Below are positions 53,895 to 63,067 of a DNA stretch of 64,000 nt, piece by piece. The translations under genes and the position numbers were made by a program. Within the stretch, counting starts at the first letter, position 1; each line of letters begins with the position of its first letter. Source of the DNA: Patescibacteria group bacterium. Lineage in GTDB: Bacteria > Patescibacteriota > Microgenomatia > UBA10105 > UBA927. The stretch spans positions 131,715-195,714 of the forward strand of contig JBBTWJ010000005.1 of the NCBI GenBank assembly GCA_038062895.1, in the 5' to 3' direction. The notes under the pieces were generated by a model, which was not told the origin of the DNA, made no database searches, and was given only the letters and a program-made list of their open reading frames with translations.

Positions 53895-55076
53895 ATGAAG
53901 ATAGCTTTAGTTCATGACTTTCTTAGAGAATACGGTGGTGCTGAAAGGGTTGTCGAAACCTTGCATGAAATGTGGCCGGAGGCGCCGCTTTATACGTCGT
54001 TTGTGGATTGGGGAAATTTGGGGGATCAGGGGTATAGGTTCAAAAATTGGGATATACGGACGAGCTGGGTGCAGCAGTTTTGGTTCATCAAAAAATTTAT
54101 TTCGCCCCTCCGGTTTCTCGCTCCTTGGATCTGGGGGAGCTTTGATCTCTCCGGGTATGACGTGGTCATTTCAAGTTCGGGTTGGTTTATTTGTCGTGGC
54201 GTTCGAATGGGAGATCCTTCGACTCGCTCCGCTCGCTCAGGACGTGCTCTGCACGTTTGCTACATCCATCATCCTCCGAGGAATCTGTATGGGTATGCGA
54301 CGGGCAGTGATCTGCAGAAGTACTGGATCGTGCGCGTGTATGCGGCAATCGTGAACTTCTTTCTCCGGCACTACGACTATGAAACGGCGCAGAAGGTGGA
54401 CTACTTCATTGCTAATTCTCAGGAGACGAAACGGAGGGTGTTGAAATTCTATAGACGTGATGCTGCCGTTATCTATCCTCCAATTGAATTATCCAATTAT
54501 CCAATTATCCAATTATCCAATAATCCAATAAAAATTCATAAGAAATACTATTTATCTGTTGGGCGGCTCACGTACAGTAAGCGGGTGGATATCGCAATTG
54601 CGGCGTGCAAAAAACTTGGATTGCCGCTCATGATCGTCGGAACGGGCAAAGAAGAGGAATCGTTGAAAAAACTAGCTTCGCAAGGCCTGGCCTTGCGAAG
54701 CTGTGGTATTGAGTTTTTGGGGAGTGTAAACGACGAGGAACTGTCTCGGCTCTACGCGGGGGCCAAGGCGCTTATCTTTTGTGCGCTGGATGAGGACTTC
54801 GGGATGGTACCGGTAGAGGCCATGGCCCATGGGACGCCCGTCATCGCTCTGGCTCAAGGTGGAGTGGTGGAGACGGTGGTGGACGGGAAAACTGGCATTC
54901 TTTTTCACGAGGTGACAGTGGAGAGCTTGATAAAAGCGTTGGGGAGATTTAGGGGATTAGGGGGATTTGGGGAAATGGGGGAAAATTGTATAAAACAAGC
55001 CGAGAAGTTTGGCAAAGAGCGGTTTAAGAAGGAATTGTTGGCGTTTATAAATACCCAGAGGTTTAAAGCTAATTAA
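53895..55076 (+). CDS. Glycosyltransferase family 4 with several repeat-derived inserts
   Basis: KIALVHDFL..YGGAERV, YLSVGRL..KRVD, EDFGMVPVEAMAHGTPVI. Confidence 0.93.
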   Translation: MKIALVHDFLREYGGAERVVETLHEMWPEAPLYTSFVDWGNLGDQGYRFKNWDIRTSWVQQFWFIKKFISPLRFLAPWIWGSFDLSGYDVVISSSGWFICRGVRMGDPSTRSARSGRALHVCYIHHPPRNLYGYATGSDLQKYWIVRVYAAIVNFFLRHYDYETAQKVDYFIANSQETKRRVLKFYRRDAAVIYPPIELSNYPIIQLSNNPIKIHKKYYLSVGRLTYSKRVDIAIAACKKLGLPLMIVGTGKEEESLKKLASQGLALRSCGIEFLGSVNDEELSRLYAGAKALIFCALDEDFGMVPVEAMAHGTPVIALAQGGVVETVVDGKTGILFHEVTVESLIKALGRFRGLGGFGEMGENCIKQAEKFGKERFKKELLAFINTQRFKAN

Positions 55077-55179
55077 CCCGTCGGGTTGATTTGCTCCCGC
55101 TAGATTTGCATTTTTCCCCAGATAGGTGTAAAAAACGTTTCCAGGCCATTTTTTGTCAGATTGACCTGCGTAGCAGCAG

Positions 55180-55551
55180 ATGAGTCATCGTATAGATAGA
55201 GAACCAGCCAGTGATCAAGAGCTTGCTCGTCGAAAAGAAGCGATGCAATCTGCCGGGCAAAAATTTCTCAAGGAGCACCCCGAGGTAATTGTCTGTGTGT
55301 ATGTAGGATCAGCATTGAAGGTTGTTGATCCGGGTGATACGGATATTGTGATTATTGCGGAACCCAACTTTATAAAAACACGAGAAGAAGTCGATAGTGA
55401 TCTTTGGTTTGGATTTAGTGCTGTTGGATTGCCTCATCCTGATACGTTCGAGGTGGTTAAAGTTCGTCCGGAAAGTATGGTTACGATCGATAATTTAGAA
55501 CGTTTATTACCGGAAAATTGTCCGTATGGTCTGTTTCCGGTGGTTCGCTAA
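55180..55551 (+). CDS. Minimal nucleotidyltransferase-like protein
   Basis: VYVGSALK...GDTDIVII (GS...DxD). Confidence 0.6.
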   Translation: MSHRIDREPASDQELARRKEAMQSAGQKFLKEHPEVIVCVYVGSALKVVDPGDTDIVIIAEPNFIKTREEVDSDLWFGFSAVGLPHPDTFEVVKVRPESMVTIDNLERLLPENCPYGLFPVVR

Positions 55552-55561
55552 CGACAATTAT

Positions 55562-58087
55562 TTACACCTCCACATTATCGCTTTTGATTCCATAGATAGC
55601 GCACCAATCCTGGCTGCCGACGCGGGATTGTCCTTCTAGGACCGGGATGGCAAAGTGGGGAGGCTGGTAGAGGTGGCCGGCGGCTGCAAGCCGTTTGGGA
55701 AGTGCGAAACGAATCCACCAATCCATGAGCCGGGTGACGGAAAGGTTGGCGAGATTGTGCCCCACTTCGTCGTTGGTGAGATTGGCCCCAACCGTTTGAT
55801 TGGCAATACGTATTCCTTCAGGATCTGAAGGGTTTTTGACCAGCCGATAGGTAATAAGATCATCGGGGCTGGCTTCCTCGTGTCCGCGTAGATGCGGGGT
55901 ATGTGGACGGATTTGTAGAATAATTTCTCCAAGCTCTGTCGAGGTGACGGTCCAGCTGGCAAATTGATCACGGATTGCCGGGTCTTCACTCATTTTATTT
56001 TCCGGAACTTCGCACAGAAGGACTTCCGTGAGTGAGGGGTCGGTTTGCCATGCCGAATAGCCGCCGTATTTCCAGGGAAAATCCGGATTGGTAAAAAAAT
56101 CTTTCACCTGTGCTTCGGATGTGAGCATCACCCAAGGGGCTTTACCTCGCTGGTCCGGCGAGAAGCAGGAGCGGATCGTAACATGATTGCCGCGTGAGAA
56201 TATGTCTTTGGAAAGCCGGAGCATCCGATCAGTATCAGAAGAAAGAACGACGGTGTATGGGGAACGGATTTCATCAGGTATGAGGGTGTTGATCATGTGT
56301 TGGGCGCGGGCTTTGGTTGATTCATACAGGCTATTGCTTTGATGAATCGCTTCACGGGTTTGATCGACAAGGTGATTGATGCCCAGTTCGGACGTAACAT
56401 ATCGCCAGGGATTGCGGAGTTTGGCTTTAAACCATTCCAGTGCTCTATCGTATTCAGAACCGGTCAGGAGCTTATTTCTCCCATTTTGAAGACGGGGAAT
56501 AAGCCCTTTGAATATTTCCGCTGTACCTCCATCGATCGTGATTTCCTGCGCGCTCGATAACATTTTTGTATAGGCTCCGAAGATAATGGGTATATGTTCG
56601 CCCACTCTCGTCCCGACACGGGCGATATGAGAGCCGATGCCGCCGTTTCCTGCTACAAGCCCCACGATGTTGCTATGAGTTTTGTGATCCATGAGTTTCG
56701 TCATGATAGCCAAGGAAACGGACGGAATGACCAGGACGCAGGGTTCATCCATATATTGTTGGGATTGTTCAATAGATGTCACGATCCTGCCTCCTGCGTT
56801 GCCGATCGAAATCGAGATGCCTGACCCAAGCATTTCTCCCTCGTCGCGTTTGCGCTTGACGATATCCGGATCAAGGGGAGCAGCAAGAAGCGAACGAAGC
56901 TCAAGGGTGGTCATTTTGCGTATCGCCTCATGTTCGGAGAGTTTGTCTTTGGCGATGAGTTCCTGCAATACCCGGAAATGCGCCATTGGTTGGAGCGGTA
57001 CGTCGCGGGTTTGGAGAAGCCACACCGTTTTGCCGTCAAAGGTAAACTCTACATCCTGGGGATAGAGATAGTGCTCTTCGAGTAGATTGATAATGGTCGA
57101 AAGTTGGGCTTTGGCAATATCAGGAAGAGGAAGGTCGTCCACGGTGTATTGGCCATGGGTACCGCGTTCGCCGACCACTGCTGTGCCTTGTTTGCCGGAT
57201 ACAAAAGCCACGGAGGGAATCTTTTTTCCGGTTTGAATGTTGCGCGTGAGGAGTACCCCTGCTCCGGCGCGCGTGTCCTGACCGAGTCCCCACACGATTT
57301 GCTGGATGATTGCTGCTGTGCCGATCGTATCGGGAATGCCATTTTGCCGGCGGTAGCCTGCGGCCTCCTGTTTGTTCCAAGAATCAAAGACTCCGTGGAC
57401 CGCGGCATAGATCTGGTCCTGGGGATCCTGGGGGAATTGGAATCCATGATCCAAATAGATGGATTTCGTGCGATCGACCATGCTCTTGAGTTCCATGACA
57501 GGAAGATCAGAGACACGATTGGCCTCAAATCGAGCGAGACTCTCTGTCCTCACCCTATGAAGCTCGTCGCGGGGAATCCCATACGCCTCTTGACCGAGAT
57601 GGATCATCATCTCGAGATATGCTTTCCACGCATTTTGTTGTCCGATTTCGTTTCCGAGACCCCGGACCGTCTGGTCATTGAGTCCGACGTTTAAAAGGGT
57701 GATCATCGCACCAGGCATAGAAACGGGAGCTCCGGAACGGACCGAGACGATGAGTGGGTTATCCGGATTTCCTAGACGCTTGCCTGAAGATGCTTCAAGA
57801 CGGGTGATTTGTGCAGATATTTCATGACTGAGCTGGTCGGTTATTTGGTGCTCGGAGGCTTCCCACTCACACCACGCGCCGGTTGAGAGAATAAATCCGG
57901 AGGGGACGGGGAGACCGAGTCGGGCAAGCTCGACGAGTCCCAGACCCTTGCCGCCGAGCGCGTCTTTTGTCGCGGGTATGGTCGACCGATCATCATCTAT
58001 TGCCCGGGAAAATACGAATGGTCCTGTGGGGGATTCGGGATGGGCGACATTGTCAGAATCCTGCAAAGTTTCTTGAGTTAAGGCCAT
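55562..58087 (-). CDS. PPDK-like dikinase: ATP-grasp and phospho-His domains with a non-canonical C-terminal domain
   Basis: LGGKG..LPVPSGF, VSVRSGAPVSMPG, QDVEFT..WLLQTR, GGIGSHIA; lacks pyruvate-domain motifs (FSFGTNDL, GICGEHGG). Confidence 0.8.
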   Translation of the reverse strand: MALTQETLQDSDNVAHPESPTGPFVFSRAIDDDRSTIPATKDALGGKGLGLVELARLGLPVPSGFILSTGAWCEWEASEHQITDQLSHEISAQITRLEASSGKRLGNPDNPLIVSVRSGAPVSMPGAMITLLNVGLNDQTVRGLGNEIGQQNAWKAYLEMMIHLGQEAYGIPRDELHRVRTESLARFEANRVSDLPVMELKSMVDRTKSIYLDHGFQFPQDPQDQIYAAVHGVFDSWNKQEAAGYRRQNGIPDTIGTAAIIQQIVWGLGQDTRAGAGVLLTRNIQTGKKIPSVAFVSGKQGTAVVGERGTHGQYTVDDLPLPDIAKAQLSTIINLLEEHYLYPQDVEFTFDGKTVWLLQTRDVPLQPMAHFRVLQELIAKDKLSEHEAIRKMTTLELRSLLAAPLDPDIVKRKRDEGEMLGSGISISIGNAGGRIVTSIEQSQQYMDEPCVLVIPSVSLAIMTKLMDHKTHSNIVGLVAGNGGIGSHIARVGTRVGEHIPIIFGAYTKMLSSAQEITIDGGTAEIFKGLIPRLQNGRNKLLTGSEYDRALEWFKAKLRNPWRYVTSELGINHLVDQTREAIHQSNSLYESTKARAQHMINTLIPDEIRSPYTVVLSSDTDRMLRLSKDIFSRGNHVTIRSCFSPDQRGKAPWVMLTSEAQVKDFFTNPDFPWKYGGYSAWQTDPSLTEVLLCEVPENKMSEDPAIRDQFASWTVTSTELGEIILQIRPHTPHLRGHEEASPDDLITYRLVKNPSDPEGIRIANQTVGANLTNDEVGHNLANLSVTRLMDWWIRFALPKRLAAAGHLYQPPHFAIPVLEGQSRVGSQDWCAIYGIKSDNVEV

Positions 58088-58234
58088 AATACACGCACAT
58101 CGGCAGGAAACAACAGCGTGGGGCGCAGTATAGCAAAGGAAGGGGAGGAAGTAAAACTATAAGATAGGTAGAAAAAACTTGACTAGTTTTTGTACGGTGT
58201 TACCATCATCATGTTTTATTTCCACATTTGTTTT

Positions 58235-59311
58235 ATGGGATTAACAACTGAGACACAGGCAATGCATCTGCGTATAACCGCGGAAGAAATTCTCAATAGC
58301 GATCAGGTATTATCACGTGATATAGACCCGTGGTCGCGGCCCATCGCTGGACTCAAATTGATTACCCCTGAAGGGAATCATACAAAGAGCTTTACTCCGA
58401 TGGAAATCCTTCCTGACGCTGTCCGCCCGATCATAATTTTTGATCTCGATGATACCGTGTGGGAGCACATCCGGCACGTCGTGAGCGCGGTTTCAGATGC
58501 AACAAATATCCCTATAACCTGGGAAGAATTTAAACAATTTGGGCACACACGAAAGATTCCCGTCTGGAATGACAGTCCGGGCGCCATGGCGATCCATGAT
58601 CAGATTCAGCGGGGGGAACACCCGGATTTCTTCCCATTTGTTAACCGAGCATGGCCCAAGGCTGTAGAGACCCTCGAAGCGGTACGTTTGATGGGGCATG
58701 ATTTTAGTTTTTTGACTGCGCGAAGTCCCAAATTATTTGATGCGACACTACGCGTCATGAAATGGAATGCGATTGTACATGATCATGAGCAGGATCCGGT
58801 CGACGCACGGTCTGACGAAATACCCCGAAAGGGGATACTGTATTGTGCATATTCGGAATTATCCGATGTGCACCGGTATAAATTTGACGTTGTCAAACAA
58901 TGGGTGAGCAACGTACAAGGCGCAGGAAGAAATGGACCGATTGTCATCATCGATGATTTGTTAAGACCATTTCAGACGCTTGTGGAATCCGGAGAGGTGG
59001 TGGGCATATCGCTTGCTGGCCCATTAAATCAGCACATGCCGCCGTACCCCAATGAGCGTCGCGTTGCTTCATGGCAGGAAATAGGCGAGATACTTATGGA
59101 CATCCATCGTAAGGCCCTTGCAGCAGACCCATCACCATTCCGTTTATTTGATTGCCGTCCGATGATGGAGGATACTGTGTTGGTCGTTTCTAAGGCCGAA
59201 GCCGGCAACGGAGAATTTACACTGGAGAACATACGTCATGGGGGATTTGTATCAGCAAAACGGTGGCACAACGAACAGTCTGTGGTATTGCGGGAGCTGG
59301 GTATTACGTAA
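58235..59311 (+). CDS. HAD-superfamily hydrolase (5'-nucleotidase-like)
   Basis: IIFDLDDTV, FLTARS, K, VIIDD. Confidence 0.72.
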   Translation: MGLTTETQAMHLRITAEEILNSDQVLSRDIDPWSRPIAGLKLITPEGNHTKSFTPMEILPDAVRPIIIFDLDDTVWEHIRHVVSAVSDATNIPITWEEFKQFGHTRKIPVWNDSPGAMAIHDQIQRGEHPDFFPFVNRAWPKAVETLEAVRLMGHDFSFLTARSPKLFDATLRVMKWNAIVHDHEQDPVDARSDEIPRKGILYCAYSELSDVHRYKFDVVKQWVSNVQGAGRNGPIVIIDDLLRPFQTLVESGEVVGISLAGPLNQHMPPYPNERRVASWQEIGEILMDIHRKALAADPSPFRLFDCRPMMEDTVLVVSKAEAGNGEFTLENIRHGGFVSAKRWHNEQSVVLRELGIT

Positions 59312-59870
59312 GGAATTGAACAGGATTATAGCTAAAGGGGATAACGAGGTCTGCAAAACGTTTCAAGGGATCGATGTAGAGACGGTGATTTTTTTCGACG
59401 GTAATTGACCATGCCAGGGTGTCAATATCTGACCGTCCTTTTCGGACGTCCCGGATCATGCGGCGGGCGACACGCACCTCTGTGGGAATATCCAGAAAAA
59501 TCTTCATAGCAGCCATCTCCCGAAGCGGTGAACATAACGAAAAGATTCCCTCAACGACAAGAAATTTTTTGTCGTTTGGCACCTGGATGGTCTGTGTTCC
59601 GGTGCGTTCGCTTCGTTTCATGTCATACCGGGGGATGACCGCGGGTTTGCCTTGGGCGAGTAATTGTGCAGCCTGGGCGCAGGCGGCAATATCTATAGCA
59701 GGAGGAGCGTCAAAGTTGTATGTGCCATCCTTTTCGGGCTTAAGGTGAGACTTGCCAAAATAGAAGTGATCCATTTCTAAGACGAAAGCGGTCGTAAACA
59801 ACCGGGCAAAAATGGATTTTCCTGAACAGGACCCGCCGCAGATGAGGATGATAGGGATGTTTTTTTTCAT
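59304..59870 (-). CDS. udk: Uridine kinase-like protein
   Basis: ICGGSCSGKS, MDHFY, NFDAPPA, VVEGIF, RVARRMIRD. Confidence 0.82.
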   Translation of the reverse strand: MKKNIPIILICGGSCSGKSIFARLFTTAFVLEMDHFYFGKSHLKPEKDGTYNFDAPPAIDIAACAQAAQLLAQGKPAVIPRYDMKRSERTGTQTIQVPNDKKFLVVEGIFSLCSPLREMAAMKIFLDIPTEVRVARRMIRDVRKGRSDIDTLAWSITVEKNHRLYIDPLKRFADLVIPFSYNPVQFLT

Positions 59871-60373
59871 TTAGTGGTGAGTATTGATTGGGCTATCGCA
59901 CTAATATTCAGTGTACCGAAATTATTTTTTACATCAAGCACCAGTTTTTTGGTATAGGCAGTGTAGATTTTTCGAAGTTTTGATGGCATCCATGAAGCGT
60001 CCAGAAGATTGGATACTTTATCATACAGTTTGAATAAGCGGATCTGTGGCGCTTTATTCCAAATCATTTGTATTTCCTCGTCGATGCCCCCGTAGAAGGT
60101 CATATCGTTGATGTATGCGCGGATGGTTTGAGGAATGCCGGGAGGCAACTTCATCGTCGTATCTTCCAGAACATCGTGATACAGAAGCGTGATTGCCCCG
60201 GCTCGACGGATATTTGGCGGAAGCGTCGTTTCTGTAAGGATGGTCATCGCGCACCACAGAGGATGGATGAAGTAGGGTGTTTTTTTATCCCAAAGGCGAT
60301 AGGAGTTTTGAATTGTTTTTGAATGAAATTTATGTGCCCGAATGCTATAGCGGATATGGTCGTCGAGATTCAT
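59867..60373 (-). CDS. HD-domain hydrolase, Mesh1/small alarmone hydrolase-like
   Basis: R....TPYFIHP, LYHDVLEDT, KLYDKVSN. Confidence 0.75.
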   Translation of the reverse strand: MNLDDHIRYSIRAHKFHSKTIQNSYRLWDKKTPYFIHPLWCAMTILTETTLPPNIRRAGAITLLYHDVLEDTTMKLPPGIPQTIRAYINDMTFYGGIDEEIQMIWNKAPQIRLFKLYDKVSNLLDASWMPSKLRKIYTAYTKKLVLDVKNNFGTLNISAIAQSILTTK

Positions 60374-61515
60374 GAGTGTGGCGCAAGTTTGGTAAGCCCA
60401 GCTTCAGTATATGCATTTAATGCAGCTAAATCAAACGGTTCTCCGTTCAGTCGGCTTTTGAGTGCGCCCCAGGCTGTCGCAAAAAGTTTGCGGCGCGCTT
60501 CGTCGGTCAAGTCTGGGGTAAAGAACGCTTCGGCAAACGCCTGAAAGCTGTAGGGGAGCGCCATGGAGTTGAATAGATCCGTGTCTCCAGTTTTTTCTAC
60601 ATAATGGAGAAGGGCATTGGCTGCGACGCCGGTAAATCCTAGACCAAACCGTCCAAAACGGACCAAGTCCTGCATGGCAAACTCTCCGACCATCCATCCG
60701 GCGTCTATCGCCGGTTCGCCCCATACGAGCCTGCCGTCGGTGACGATCGGGACCGCTCGTCCATGGGAGTCGGTATGGAAATAGATGTTGTTGGCCCAGA
60801 AGTCTCCGTGAATTCTCCGGAGTCGCTCGGGATGGACGCCCATTTCATAGCGAACCCGTTCCATGTCCGCAAGAAGCCCGACGACGTCTTCATGGGAAAC
60901 CCAGGTAGCTGAGTCGAAATCAATAAGATCAGCAACGCCCGCGGCAAGCTCATCATTGTGAACAACCGCCCGGAGCGAGCGTTTATAGAGGGATTGGGCT
61001 TCTTGCGTGGTGCCGGTAAATGGTTGGGAGGCATGGATGTCAACCATCGCCTGGGCCATAAGGAGTGCGCTTTCCTGTGTGGTTTGAGCGAGATGGTGCG
61101 CATCCTCGTCAGAATCAGTATGCGTTCTGAGGACCTCGCAGAAATTGATGGCACCAGGGGGCAGAAATTGTGCAATGGCAACGACTTCGTGGATATGGGT
61201 GAGATCAATAAGCGATCCGTCCTGCGCGATGCCCACGACTGCATGGGTGGGAAGAGCGTGCGGCATGGAGTGGGAAGCTTCCAGCATAGCCTCAATGCGT
61301 GCGGATGGGAGATCGTGACCAAATTCGAGCGGACTGATGAGACGGGCAAAGACACGATCGCTCCGCGTCGTCCCCTCCACCCGAACTTCAAATCCAGTGG
61401 CGTGGAATCCCTGACCGACGGATTCAATAGAGGAAACGGAAGCGTCCTGCCCAAGCAAGCTTTGAATCAACGGATTGAGTTGGTCCCTTTGTAAAAGCTC
61501 CGGAGTAAATCCCAT
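60370..61515 (-). CDS. APH/choline-kinase-like phosphotransferase
   Basis: GQGFHA Gly loop, RIHGDFWANNI, VTD...WGEPAIDAG. Confidence 0.75.
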   Translation of the reverse strand: MGFTPELLQRDQLNPLIQSLLGQDASVSSIESVGQGFHATGFEVRVEGTTRSDRVFARLISPLEFGHDLPSARIEAMLEASHSMPHALPTHAVVGIAQDGSLIDLTHIHEVVAIAQFLPPGAINFCEVLRTHTDSDEDAHHLAQTTQESALLMAQAMVDIHASQPFTGTTQEAQSLYKRSLRAVVHNDELAAGVADLIDFDSATWVSHEDVVGLLADMERVRYEMGVHPERLRRIHGDFWANNIYFHTDSHGRAVPIVTDGRLVWGEPAIDAGWMVGEFAMQDLVRFGRFGLGFTGVAANALLHYVEKTGDTDLFNSMALPYSFQAFAEAFFTPDLTDEARRKLFATAWGALKSRLNGEPFDLAALNAYTEAGLTKLAPHS

Positions 61516-61566
61516 TCGTCGTTACAATTGCGGCAGGGATTAATCGAATATATAGGTCAGTCGTAT

Positions 61567-61782
61567 TTAATCTCGACCTGATACATAAATATTTACATCG
61601 GAAAGTTTTGTTATCGACGAAGCGACAGTGTCAGGATCAATACCAAGATTAATTAGCATATCTCTTTCTTTTGGTGTCATAATAACTGGATCATACGGTT
61701 TTGCGCGGAGAGCGCGAACAAGAAGATTGCCAATAATAGGATTCGTTTCACCATCCTCTATGGAATCTGGTAGTAGCGGCAT
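61567..61782 (-). CDS. Small hypothetical protein
   Basis: 71-aa ORF upstream of the kinase, co-oriented. Confidence 0.4.
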   Translation of the reverse strand: MPLLPDSIEDGETNPIIGNLLVRALRAKPYDPVIMTPKERDMLINLGIDPDTVASSITKLSDVNIYVSGRD

Positions 61783-61889
61783 ATTTTTATGATTGTCGCG
61801 TACTATAGCACGAATAACAGCGTTTGACAATTTGTCAACATCTGTTACTATACATGAGCACGCATGATTGGCGTGTTTTATAACGCAAA

Positions 61890-62594
61890 ATGAGTACTGA
61901 TAATCATACGTTCGTCTTATCCCTCGGAGGATCGCTCGTTGTTCCCAACGGCGGCATTGATACCCAATTTCTTTCCGCATTTAATACGTTCATCCGTAAC
62001 CAGATCTCCTCCAAAAAGAGGAGATTTTTTGTGGTGGTTGGGGGCGGGGCTACCATGCGGCAATACCGCGATGCGGCAAAGGTGGTTTTGGACGGAAAAA
62101 TAGCCAATGATGATCTGGATTGGCTGGGTATCCATACGACACGATTAAACGCGCATCTGATCCGTACGATTTTTATCGATATAGCCAACGCACACATCAT
62201 TGAACACTATGATCAGCCGTTTGAAGCAACGGAAACTGTAGTGGTTGCTTCCGGCTGGAAACCCGGATGGAGTACGGATTATTGCGCGGTGACGCTTTGC
62301 AAAAACTATGGAATAAAAGCGATGGTGAATATGACCAACGTCGACCAGGTCTATGACAAAGACCCGAAGAAATTTCCTGATGCCAAACCGCTCGTTGCAA
62401 CAACATGGAAATCCTACCGGGTTCTGGCTGGGGACAAATGGACACCGGGACTCAATTTGCCGTTTGACCCGATTGCAAGCAAACTCGCCGATGAACTCGG
62501 CGTGACCGTTAAGATCCTCAATGGGAATAACCTCGATAACCTTGCAAAAGCGCTGGATGGGAAAGAGTTTAAAGGGACGACGATTGCGAGTTGA
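61890..62594 (+). CDS. pyrH: UMP kinase (archaeal type)
   Basis: VLSLGGSL, VVVGGG, DWLGIHTTRLNA, PGWSTD, NVDQVYDKDPKK, PFDPIA. Confidence 0.92.
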   Translation: MSTDNHTFVLSLGGSLVVPNGGIDTQFLSAFNTFIRNQISSKKRRFFVVVGGGATMRQYRDAAKVVLDGKIANDDLDWLGIHTTRLNAHLIRTIFIDIANAHIIEHYDQPFEATETVVVASGWKPGWSTDYCAVTLCKNYGIKAMVNMTNVDQVYDKDPKKFPDAKPLVATTWKSYRVLAGDKWTPGLNLPFDPIASKLADELGVTVKILNGNNLDNLAKALDGKEFKGTTIAS

Positions 62595-62596
62595 GT

Positions 62597-63067
62597 ATGT
62601 CTGGTGTCTTTATAATTTTTCTTGTTCCCCTGATTTCTGTCGTATTAATCTTCCTCGCCAAACGCGTGACAACGGTAACTGTACTACTGATCGTTCTATT
62701 GTGTTTTACAGCCGCTTCAGTTGTTGGACCAACGCTCGTTTGTCAAACAAAAGAACTTATTCAACCCTCTCTCACACCAAGAGATTTCTGTGATATGGGC
62801 TTAGGAGCCTTGGTGTTTATTCCCTCAATTTTATTTGGGTGTATTGTGACGCTTTTATTATTTTTTCATGTACTTTTCTTAGTCTGGATATCATATAAGG
62901 ATGGAAATAATCACTGGGTAGCTGATGTACAGTGGAGACTGGTGGGGATGATGGGTATAATCGGAACGATCGTAATTATTTTTCTTAACCCATTATATCG
63001 AGAACTATCGATGATTTTATTTGCGGTACCATTGCAGCTTATTGGGAATGATACAATAGTCCGATGA
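62597..63067 (+). CDS. Hypothetical membrane protein
   Basis: 4-5 hydrophobic segments. Confidence 0.55.
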   Translation: MSGVFIIFLVPLISVVLIFLAKRVTTVTVLLIVLLCFTAASVVGPTLVCQTKELIQPSLTPRDFCDMGLGALVFIPSILFGCIVTLLLFFHVLFLVWISYKDGNNHWVADVQWRLVGMMGIIGTIVIIFLNPLYRELSMILFAVPLQLIGNDTIVR

